Positions 28,302-36,440 of a stretch of 36,533 nucleotides of DNA are shown one piece after another (within the stretch, counting starts at the first letter, position 1; every line of letters starts with the position of its first letter). This DNA comes from Thainema sp. GTDB taxonomy: Bacteria > Cyanobacteriota > Cyanobacteriia > Phormidesmidales > Phormidesmidaceae. The stretch covers positions 95,010-131,542 of the forward strand of contig JBQLZK010000011.1 in NCBI GenBank assembly GCA_052168235.1, given 5' to 3'. The translations under genes and the position numbers were made by a program. Under the pieces are notes generated by a model, which was not told the DNA's origin, did no database searches, and saw only the letters and a list, made by a program, of their open reading frames with translations.

Positions 28302-31300
28302 ATGGCTAGGAAACCTGTTTCAAGATGGGTTGCTAGTCGTAATTTGGGTTGGGTAATGGTGGAGCCAAGTCAGGTTATCCAAGTTGTTTTGAGAGTTGCA
28401 GCAACAGCGGCGGCAATGGGCAAGAAGACGCTGGAGCGTAAGCCGCTAGTTATCAAGGCATTGAAAAAACTAGGGCTAGATCCGGAGCATCCACCGGCTG
28501 AGTTTGGGGCGGTTTATGCGTATGCGCTGGTCGAGTATGCGCTGGTAGAAGAGGAGACGAAGCCAGAGGAATTACTGGAGCTATTTGCGGAACCGGAAAT
28601 CAAGGAAACGTTTCGGCAGGCGTTTGATCGGTGGGATGGAACGTTACTGCAAGGGGAATTGGAGCAGCGGCTGGACTGGCAAGAGTTTGGTAATGAGTGG
28701 AATTTTGTTGGCAATGCGATTCGTGAGCAGAATGTTGATGTGCAGCGAGAAGTAGCTGTATTCTTTGCGGTGTTTTTGGATGTGGTGCGACGAAGCCAGA
28801 CACCGAAGGAGCAGTTGCAGACGGTGTTGCTGACGGATGTGCAGCAGGATTTGAAGCAGGTGAGGGCGCAGCTAGAGACTGTCTCAAGCTTGGAATCGTT
28901 GCCGAGACAGTTGATGGATGCGGTGGGTGAGCTACGGGCTTTGTTGCCAGGGGTAGCTCAGGATGCAGGACAGAGAGAGGATGGGCTGGCCAGCCAGTTA
29001 AGAGACTGGTTTGAGGTGTTGGGCTATGGCTGGGAAAGTCATGACGTAGCTGAGGATCGATATTTTGAGTGGATGATTACGATTCCGGTGCGGCGGAAGC
29101 GGTATGACCGGGTGTTGGTACGGGGTGTGACGGGAGAAGCAGGACTGCCGGATTTGCGGGCGTTGCAGGAAGCGGTCGAGCAGCAGGATGCGGATGAGGG
29201 CTGGCTGGTGGCGACGATGCGGGTGAGTAGCGGTGTGCGTCAGGCGGTGCGGGATGAAGACGAGTATGAGTTGATTTCTTGCTACACGCTGGATGAGCTG
29301 CTGGATGAGGATGCGGATTTTGGTCAGTATTTGGAGTGGTTGGAAGCGGAAATTAAGCAGCGAGAGATTAATCAGGACTATATTCCGTTGGGGTGTCGGA
29401 AGGATGAGATTGATCCGAGGTCGCAGCAGAAGATTGGGATTAGTCATTACGGAGAAGAGGAAGGCTGGATTGAGGGGTATGTGGATCAGTGGTTGGCTGA
29501 TCCGTCGAAGGAGCATTTGTCGGTTTTAGGGGAGTTTGGCACGGGGAAAACGTGGTTTGCGCTGCATTATGCTTGGGTGGCGTTGCAGAAGTATAAGGAG
29601 GCGAAGCGGCGGGGGGTGGAGCGTCCGCGATTGCCGCTGGTAATTCCGCTGCGGGACTATGCGAAGGCGGTGAGCGTAGAATCGCTGTTTTCGGAGTTTT
29701 TCTTTCGCAAGCATGAGATTCCGCTGCCGGGGTATAGCGCGTTTGAGCAGTTGAATCGGATGGGGAAGCTGCTGCTGATCTTTGATGGGTTTGATGAGAT
29801 GGCGGCGCGGATTAATCGGCAAGCAATGATCGACAACTTTTGGGAACTGGCGAAGGTGGTGGTGCCGGGGGCGAAGGCAATTTTGACCTGTCGGACGGAG
29901 CATTTTCCGGATGCGATTGAGGGACGGAAGCTGCTGAATGCGGAGCTAAAGGCTTCGACTTCTAACCTGACGGGGGAACCGCCGCAGTTTGAGGTGCTGG
30001 AGCTGGCAAAGTTTAGTGATGAGCAGATTGCAGAACTGCTGGGGCGGAAGGCGCAGGAACAGACGGTGCAGGAAGTAATCGGGAATCCGCAACTGTTGGA
30101 TTTGGCGCGGCGTCCGGTGATGGTGGAGCTAATTTTGGAGGCGTTGCCTGCGATTGAGGCGGGGAAGCCTGTGGATATGGCGCGGGTGTACTTGTATGCG
30201 GTGACGCGGAAGATGAAGCGGGATATTCGGAGTGAGCGGACGTTTACGTCACTGGCGGATAAGCTTTATTTTCTGTGTGAGCTGGCATGGGAGATGCTGG
30301 CAACGGATCAGATGAGTTTGAATTACCGGGCATTTCCAGAGCGGCTGAAGCTGATGTTTGCGGAGCGGGTGCAGGAGGAGAAGGAACTGGACTATTGGCG
30401 CTACGACATGATGGGGCAGACGATGCTGATCCGCAATTCGGAGGGAGATTATAGTCCGGCGCATCGGTCGCTGCTGGAGTTTTTTGTGGCGTACAAGATT
30501 GTGGCGTCGCTGGGGGTATTGGCGGAGGATTTTACGGAGGTGGCGCGGCAGCAGTCGCATTTGATTGCGGGAGCAGCGGCGCAGGACTATACGTGGCATG
30601 GCTATTTTCGGCGGGTTTGTGATAGGGAAGGAACGCCGGAGGCGATGGCTCCACTGGGGCAGTTTGCGACGATGGAGTTTGATGGGTTGCTGCCGTTGTT
30701 GCGGGAGGCGAAGCTGGCAAAGGCGGTGCTGGATTTGGCGTATCCAATGGTAGATCGGGAGACGATGCGGGAGCGGTTGTTGCCGCTGTTGCAGGCGACA
30801 CGGGAGCGAACGTTGGAGCAAGTGGGGTATTTGGGTGGGAATGTGGCACAGTTGATGCTAGCGAGATCACCCCATGCGTTGGTGGATAGTGATTTGAGTG
30901 GAACAAAGTTATGTGGAGTGGATTTTACGAAGGCGTATTTGCGACGGGTGAATCTGCGGGATGCTCAATTGCCTGAATCGATTTTCTCCAAAGTGTTAGG
31001 TAGTGTGTACTCAGTAGCGATTAGTCCTGATGGTAGATATTTGGCTGTTGGAGATAGTAAGGAAACCGTACAGATTTGGGATGCACTAACAGGACAAGTG
31101 ACGTGGTTCTGTGTGGGCCATCTGGATATGGTTAGATCGGTAGCATTTAGCCCTGATGGCGAACAACTAGCTTCTGGTAGCAATGATCAAACAATCAAGC
31201 TGTGGTCAGTGAAGACTGGTGAATGCCTACAAACTCTAGACAAGCACCTGAATTCAGTCTGGTCAGTAATCTTTAGTCCTGATGGCAAACAGTTAGCTTC

Positions 31301-32861
31301 TGGCAGTTATGACCGAACGATCAAACTATGGTCTGTTGAAACGGGTGAATGTCTACAGACTCTAGAAGGACATTCGTTTTCAGTTTTATCAGTAGCTTTT
31401 AGTCCTGATGGTAAACAGTTAGCTTCTGGCAGTTATGACCGAACGATCAAACTATGGTCTGTTGAAACGGGTGAATGTCTACAGACTCTAGAAGGACATT
31501 CAAACGCGGTTTTATCAGTAGCTTTTAGTCCTGATGGTAAACAGTTAGCTTCTGGTAGTGATGATAAGACAATCAAGCTGTGGTCAGTTAAGACTGGTGA
31601 ATGTCTACAGACCTTGGAGGGGCATTCAAATCTAGTCAGGTCAGTAACGTTTAGTTCAGACGGTAAACAATTAGCTTCCGGTAGTTACGACCAAATGATT
31701 AAGTTGTGGTCAGTTAAGACTGGTGAGTGTCTACAGACCTTAGAGGGGCACTTTTATTCAGTTCGATCAGTAATATTTAGCCTAGATGATCAACAGATCC
31801 TCTCTGGCGGTTCTGATAATACAGTGAAATGGTGGTCAGTACAAACGAGCGAATGCCTTCACACTTTAACAGGTTATTCCAATTTAATTGGAACCGTAGC
31901 ATTTAGCCCGGATAGCCATTTACTCGCATCTTCTGGTTATGACTGGACGGTCAAATTATGGTCAGTTAGTTCTGGTGAGTGTCTACGGACTCTAGAAGGA
32001 CATTCAAATCCAGTTGGAACAGTAGCATTTAGCCCAAACAGTGAACGATTAGCTTCTGGTAGTGATGATCAAACAATCAAGCTGTGGTCAGTTAAGACTG
32101 GTGAGTGTCTACAGACTCTAGAAGGACACTCAAATCACGTATGGTCGATAATGTTTAGCCCTAATGGTAAATACCTGGTTTCCGGTGGCTACGACAAAAC
32201 GATAAAGCTATGGTCAGTTGAGACTGGTAAGTGTCTACAAACCTTAAGAGGACATTCAGATTGGGTCTCTTCAGTGGCGTTTAGCCCTGACGGCCAACAA
32301 CTAGCTTCTGGCAGTTTTGATCAAACAATCAAGCTGTGGTCAGCAAAGACAGGTGAATGTGTAAATACTTGGGATGATCATACGGCTCGAATTCGTTCAA
32401 TAGTATTTAGCCCTAATGGTAAATACTTAGTTTCTGGTAGTGATGATAAAACGATAAAACTATGGTCAGTTGAGACTGGTAAGTGTCTACAAACTTTCAA
32501 AGGACATTTGAATTCAGTTTTATCAGTGAGCATGAATCCGAATAATAATCAGATAGCTTCCGGTAGTAATGATCAAACAGTAAAACTTTGGAGAATTGGC
32601 ACAGAAGAGTCTACACAGACTATAGAGGGTCATTCAGGTTTGGTTCGATCAGTTGATTTCAACAAAGATGGCCATCAGCTAGCTTCTGGCAGCAATGACA
32701 ACAAAATCATGTTGTGGTCAGTCGCGACAGGTAAGTGCTTACAAGTATTAGATGATCGAGTTTGCGCTAGCGCAAATATAACTAGTATAAACGAACTAAC
32801 CTTAGGGCAGAAGGCAACATTAAAGCTATTAGGCGCTATTGACGAAAATGAGTTTGATTAA
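28302..32861 (+). CDS. NLR-like STAND protein: helical N-domain, REase-like domain, NACHT, short pentapeptide stretch, 14 WD40 repeats
   Basis: Walker A GEFGTGKT, Walker B LLLIFDGFDEM, ILTCRTEHF, HRSLLEFF; 14 WD repeats counted. True start may be 28356. Confidence 0.9.
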   Translation: MARKPVSRWVASRNLGWVMVEPSQVIQVVLRVAATAAAMGKKTLERKPLVIKALKKLGLDPEHPPAEFGAVYAYALVEYALVEEETKPEELLELFAEPEIKETFRQAFDRWDGTLLQGELEQRLDWQEFGNEWNFVGNAIREQNVDVQREVAVFFAVFLDVVRRSQTPKEQLQTVLLTDVQQDLKQVRAQLETVSSLESLPRQLMDAVGELRALLPGVAQDAGQREDGLASQLRDWFEVLGYGWESHDVAEDRYFEWMITIPVRRKRYDRVLVRGVTGEAGLPDLRALQEAVEQQDADEGWLVATMRVSSGVRQAVRDEDEYELISCYTLDELLDEDADFGQYLEWLEAEIKQREINQDYIPLGCRKDEIDPRSQQKIGISHYGEEEGWIEGYVDQWLADPSKEHLSVLGEFGTGKTWFALHYAWVALQKYKEAKRRGVERPRLPLVIPLRDYAKAVSVESLFSEFFFRKHEIPLPGYSAFEQLNRMGKLLLIFDGFDEMAARINRQAMIDNFWELAKVVVPGAKAILTCRTEHFPDAIEGRKLLNAELKASTSNLTGEPPQFEVLELAKFSDEQIAELLGRKAQEQTVQEVIGNPQLLDLARRPVMVELILEALPAIEAGKPVDMARVYLYAVTRKMKRDIRSERTFTSLADKLYFLCELAWEMLATDQMSLNYRAFPERLKLMFAERVQEEKELDYWRYDMMGQTMLIRNSEGDYSPAHRSLLEFFVAYKIVASLGVLAEDFTEVARQQSHLIAGAAAQDYTWHGYFRRVCDREGTPEAMAPLGQFATMEFDGLLPLLREAKLAKAVLDLAYPMVDRETMRERLLPLLQATRERTLEQVGYLGGNVAQLMLARSPHALVDSDLSGTKLCGVDFTKAYLRRVNLRDAQLPESIFSKVLGSVYSVAISPDGRYLAVGDSKETVQIWDALTGQVTWFCVGHLDMVRSVAFSPDGEQLASGSNDQTIKLWSVKTGECLQTLDKHLNSVWSVIFSPDGKQLASGSYDRTIKLWSVETGECLQTLEGHSFSVLSVAFSPDGKQLASGSYDRTIKLWSVETGECLQTLEGHSNAVLSVAFSPDGKQLASGSDDKTIKLWSVKTGECLQTLEGHSNLVRSVTFSSDGKQLASGSYDQMIKLWSVKTGECLQTLEGHFYSVRSVIFSLDDQQILSGGSDNTVKWWSVQTSECLHTLTGYSNLIGTVAFSPDSHLLASSGYDWTVKLWSVSSGECLRTLEGHSNPVGTVAFSPNSERLASGSDDQTIKLWSVKTGECLQTLEGHSNHVWSIMFSPNGKYLVSGGYDKTIKLWSVETGKCLQTLRGHSDWVSSVAFSPDGQQLASGSFDQTIKLWSAKTGECVNTWDDHTARIRSIVFSPNGKYLVSGSDDKTIKLWSVETGKCLQTFKGHLNSVLSVSMNPNNNQIASGSNDQTVKLWRIGTEESTQTIEGHSGLVRSVDFNKDGHQLASGSNDNKIMLWSVATGKCLQVLDDRVCASANITSINELTLGQKATLKLLGAIDENEFD

Positions 32862-33066
32862 TTGCGGGTCAGGCAAATATTCAAAGGCCTCCAACTCCTT
32901 TGAATTAGGGCTTTTAGCTATCACGCAATTTTGCTGGACTAAAATTGGACTAAAATTTTCGGACTATTTTGAGGCGAATTTCAGTCCGATCGCAACTTAG
33001 ATTAGCCCATGCCATAGCTTACTCCATGAGCCAAAAACGCGATCGCACCTCGCACCATCAAGTTTT

Positions 33067-33141
33067 ATATTCTTGTAACGAGACTCAATCTAACTTATTT
33101 GAGACCCTGCTCAATACCCGTTAGTCTCAATCCGAGACTAA
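33067..33141. repeat. Phased GWC-box element E3
   Basis: Cores at 33070 (degenerate TTC), 33082, 33103, 33124, 33136. Confidence 0.8.
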
Positions 33142-33238
33142 ATTTACAACACAAGTTTTGCAGAAGTTGAAGTACGTAAGTCGGGATACAGATGACCACG
33201 TACACTTGTGATCCCGGCATCAACCTACATCAGAGATT

Positions 33239-33985
33239 ATGTTTTTGAATTTAAAGCGATCGCACTTTTTAAGAGGCGTCATCATCAGTGGATTGCTCAT
33301 CATACTTCTGTATGCCGACCCAGCATTTGCTAATACCTGGCCCCCCATCGCAATTCAGTTAATCTATACTCCCCTTACTGTTGCGATCTACACCCTCGGG
33401 ATTGGATTAATCGCAATCGTAATTATCGAAAGCATTATTCTCATGCGGCGAGAGCATGTATCCCTACTATCAGCACTTAGACACACCATCGGAGCAAATC
33501 TGCTATCTACCGCACTTGGATTTCTGTTAACCATAGGATTTGGCATGCCACCCCTGACATTAATCTCCTGGGGCATTTTTTATGTTTGCATGGTGTTCAT
33601 GTCCATCCAAAGCATACCGTTGTTAAACCTAAAGCGATTCCCGTTGTGGCTGAGTTGGGGATTGCTTTGGCTCATCATATTAGTGGGCATCATTTATCTT
33701 TTTATTGCTATCTCTGAGATAAACCCAGCTACTACCAGCGGCAAACCCTTTCCAGATTGGGATGTGCCGTTCTACATCAACATTATCCAATTACTCCTTA
33801 CTGTTGGATTTATGGCTATCGGCTTCTTTGTAAGCTTCTGTTCTGAGGGATTTTATCTCAGCAAAATGCTCTCCAAACCAACACCGTCAGTTCTACAAAC
33901 AGTGTGGATCATGAATCTACGCTCATACGTCTACGTTGCCTTACCGCTAACCGTATTTCTGATGAAGTATCACAAAGCCATTTAG
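33239..33985 (+). CDS. Multi-pass membrane hypothetical protein
   Basis: Signal-like PAFA, then about 7 hydrophobic helices with IIES...ANLLST and SEG...MNLRSY internal repeat. Confidence 0.75.
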   Translation: MFLNLKRSHFLRGVIISGLLIILLYADPAFANTWPPIAIQLIYTPLTVAIYTLGIGLIAIVIIESIILMRREHVSLLSALRHTIGANLLSTALGFLLTIGFGMPPLTLISWGIFYVCMVFMSIQSIPLLNLKRFPLWLSWGLLWLIILVGIIYLFIAISEINPATTSGKPFPDWDVPFYINIIQLLLTVGFMAIGFFVSFCSEGFYLSKMLSKPTPSVLQTVWIMNLRSYVYVALPLTVFLMKYHKAI

Positions 33986-34043
33986 AGTTTTGACGATGAC
34001 AGCCCCACTTTAATTTCCCATCCACCCATCCACCCATCTACCC

Positions 34044-34670
34044 CTATCCCCCATACGGCCTAAACGTCCAATTCACCCTCACCCCCACATCCTTCACCGT
34101 CTTCATCACCGCATGCTGATACGCTTCCTGACATCCCGGCTCCATCACCACCAGCGACCCATGCGTCAACTCATAGCTCATAGGCTTCTCCTTACCCAAC
34201 CGCGATCGCAACTTAAACACCCGCGTCGCCCCCAAACTCACCGATGAGATCGCAGGTTTCACCCCCAAACTCGGCTCATCATCCGAGTGATAGCCCATGT
34301 GGTCACGACCCGACCGATACTGATTGCCAAACGCAACCTGATACTTGTACCCCGTAAATTCCTCCAACCGATCGCGTAGCTCCCGCAAAAATGGAGCCTC
34401 ATCCCACGACCGTGCCTCTACCTCCACCGACCCGCTATAGAGATACCGATAATCCGCCGAATCGCCAAACATAATCTCCAAACGCGGCAGCGGAATCCAG
34501 CGATTAAACATCCGAGGAATCCAGCGATTAAACATCCGAATTTGATTTTGCTGCCAGTCCAACTCCAAACTCTGTCGCAGCAACAGATCCGCCTCCGCCA
34601 CACTCAAAAAATCAGGATAAAACCGCACTAGCGGCACCTCTCCATCCAAAGCCAATAAATTGAGCTGCAT
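34044..34670 (-). CDS. AlkB-like 2OG-Fe(II) dioxygenase
   Basis: NQYRSG.DHMGYHSDDE, ISSVSLGATRVF, L.HGSL.VM, YQHAV.K, RVNWTFR. Confidence 0.92.
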   Translation of the reverse strand: MQLNLLALDGEVPLVRFYPDFLSVAEADLLLRQSLELDWQQNQIRMFNRWIPRMFNRWIPLPRLEIMFGDSADYRYLYSGSVEVEARSWDEAPFLRELRDRLEEFTGYKYQVAFGNQYRSGRDHMGYHSDDEPSLGVKPAISSVSLGATRVFKLRSRLGKEKPMSYELTHGSLVVMEPGCQEAYQHAVMKTVKDVGVRVNWTFRPYGG

Positions 34671-34745
34671 GTCCTTACCCTAACCAAACCAATACAGAAA
34701 TACGCGCCATAATCCGATTTCTAATTCCACCCAAATCCTAAATAT

Positions 34746-34820
34746 TTAATCTTGCATTGAGACTCGTAATCCCAAAGTCTGGACTCAAAAAAGCATTTAA
34801 TAGACTCATGGTAAGACGGA
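34746..34820. repeat. Phased GWC-box element E4
   Basis: Cores at 34749 (degenerate ATC), 34761, 34782, 34803, 34815. Confidence 0.8.
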
Positions 34821-35106
34821 TATCGCCTTCAGACCGTCTTTCGGAACTGCGGATACAAACCCATTCTCAGCAATCGACACTCAGAAACTAACACCCAGTA
34901 CCTATTACCCAACAAGAACGGGTTTCTCAAAACAGCAACCTAACTACACTCCTCCACCTCTCCGTTTCGCAGCCCACCCATCAAATCGCCCATATTGAGT
35001 AGTATTCATCCAGTTCTTTTGGAAAAGACCGTTTTGCACAGGTAGTTCACGATGTAAGCAATCAACGCTTACATCCAAAGCCCCCTAAACAATAAGGAAT
35101 AAAATC

Positions 35107-35391
35107 ATGCAATCAACTGCCCCCAGCCGTGGCCCCGTCGCTTGCCGTAGCCTACCTGTTCTACGTCGCAATGATCGGCAACGCACGCCCAACGAAGATG
35201 TCAAAGTGCTACAGCGCTATCTGAATTACTATGGTTTTCCTCTCACAGTCGATGGTTACTTTGGGCCTAAAACCGAAGACGCCGTCAAAGGATTCCAAGA
35301 ACGAGTTAATGACCACGATCTATCGTTTCTAGTAGATGGCATCGTTGGGCCTCGAACCTGGGGCGCGCTAGGCGCTTGCGTCGGTGCATAG
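35107..35391 (+). CDS. Small stand-alone peptidoglycan-binding (PG_binding_1) protein, paralog 1
   Basis: DVKVLQRYLN..GF.L.VDGYFGPKTE.AVK.FQ...VDGIVGP.TW.AL; AAGGA RBS. Confidence 0.88.
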   Translation: MQSTAPSRGPVACRSLPVLRRNDRQRTPNEDVKVLQRYLNYYGFPLTVDGYFGPKTEDAVKGFQERVNDHDLSFLVDGIVGPRTWGALGACVGA

Positions 35392-35449
35392 CTAGCGCAT
35401 CATCACCGATAAACAGTTATCGTCTCAATCTAATTTTCAACTAATCTCC

Positions 35450-35512
35450 AAAAACCGGGGTTCTTTAGCGACTTGAGCACACCACTCAAATCAACAGAGG
35501 ACCTCGGTTTTT
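35450..35512. repeat. REP-like inverted pair (AAACCGGGGTTCT family)
   Basis: AAAAACCGGGGTTCT...AGAGGACCTCGGTTTTT. Confidence 0.65.
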
Positions 35513-35551
35513 TACTGTGCCCCAATTTTGCCTTCTGAATCTTCTTGCAAT

Positions 35552-35626
35552 TTAGTCCAAAAACAAGTCTCATAAATATTTTTACAGGACTCATATAGAG
35601 GCGATCTAGTCTCAAATTGAAACAAA
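35552..35626. repeat. Phased GWC-box element E5
   Basis: Cores at 35555, 35567, 35588, 35609 and 35621 (degenerate AAC). Confidence 0.8.
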
Positions 35627-35958
35627 GCGTTCAACTTTCTGAGTGCTGTTAACTAACGCTCTAGAACTGTTCCTAAACTCTATCTCGATAACTCGACTGA
35701 TGGATTCATAGGAAACTGCGATCGCAGTTTCTTCTTATGAGCACCTACACCTCAAACTCCAGTGAATGGCACAGAAAAATCTAAAAAATCAGCTTATCTA
35801 CAAGTATTTATCGATCAATTTCGTAAGCAATAAAACAGATTGCCCGATGCGAGTAATATTCAATCAACCTTCAGGAAAAAGCAGTTTGGCACAGGTAGTT
35901 CATCATGTAAGCAATCAACGCTTACATCCAAAGCCCCCTAATCAAAAGGAATCAAACA

Positions 35959-36258
35959 ATGCAATCAACTGCCCCTACTCAACCTCCTATCTCTTGCCAC
36001 CGCCTTCCTATTCTGCGTCGCAACGATCGCCAAATCCGGCCAGAAGACATTGTAGAATTTCTACAGCGCCGCTTAAATTTCTCTGGCTTTAATCTACGTG
36101 TAGATGGTTTCTTCGGCCCCAAGACCGAAGCCGCCGTTCGAGAATTTCAAGCTAGAGGAAATGATCACGATCCAAGCGTTCTAGTCGATGGAATTGTTGG
36201 CCCTCAAACCTGGAACGCCTTAGGAGTTTGTGAAATCTACACCGAAGGCTGCTGCTAA
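35959..36258 (+). CDS. Small stand-alone peptidoglycan-binding (PG_binding_1) protein, paralog 2
   Basis: Same motifs as 35107..35391; both begin MQSTAP. Confidence 0.88.
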   Translation: MQSTAPTQPPISCHRLPILRRNDRQIRPEDIVEFLQRRLNFSGFNLRVDGFFGPKTEAAVREFQARGNDHDPSVLVDGIVGPQTWNALGVCEIYTEGCC

Positions 36259-36284
36259 AAATATTGAACAACTGAATAACTCAC

Positions 36285-36348
36285 GAAACCGGGTTTTCTA
36301 TGTTAGCTAAATCATTTTGCTTAACACCAGTAGAAGAAACCCGGTTTC
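36285..36348. repeat. REP-like inverted pair (GAAACCGGGTTT family)
   Basis: GAAACCGGGTTTTCTA...AGAAGAAACCCGGTTTC. Confidence 0.7.
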
Positions 36349-36376
36349 TAACTAGAAACTCGCACAAATTATCGCT

Positions 36377-36440
36377 TCAAGTCTTGCAAGTATCACCGCA
36401 AGACTCAAAATAAGTCAAATGAGTCTCGTGTCGATATTTG
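36377..36440. repeat. Phased GWC-box element E6
   Basis: Cores at 36381, 36402, 36423; outer boxes degenerate. 36377-36393 is the exact reverse complement of E1 26532-26548. Confidence 0.75.

Noticed and set aside
28514..31183. Long antisense ORFs inside the NACHT gene (and similar ones inside alaS, sppA and URC1)
   Set aside because: Expected shadow ORFs of GC-rich coding sequence.
31100..32750. WD40 repeat variation as a diversity-generating retroelement
   Set aside because: No reverse transcriptase or separate template repeat in the window, and differences are not restricted to adenines.
34017..34051. CCCATCCA short tandem repeats, and ACACCAC near 16440
   Set aside because: Ordinary STRR-type intergenic repeats of filamentous cyanobacteria.
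35766..36092. 108-aa ORF overlapping the second PG-binding gene
   Set aside because: Out of frame with the real gene and without an equivalent in the paralogous unit.
26484..36440. GWC elements as CRISPR repeats or integron attC sites
   Set aside because: They are kilobases apart and divergent, there are no cas or intI genes, and they lack attC R''/R' ends and a continuous stem.
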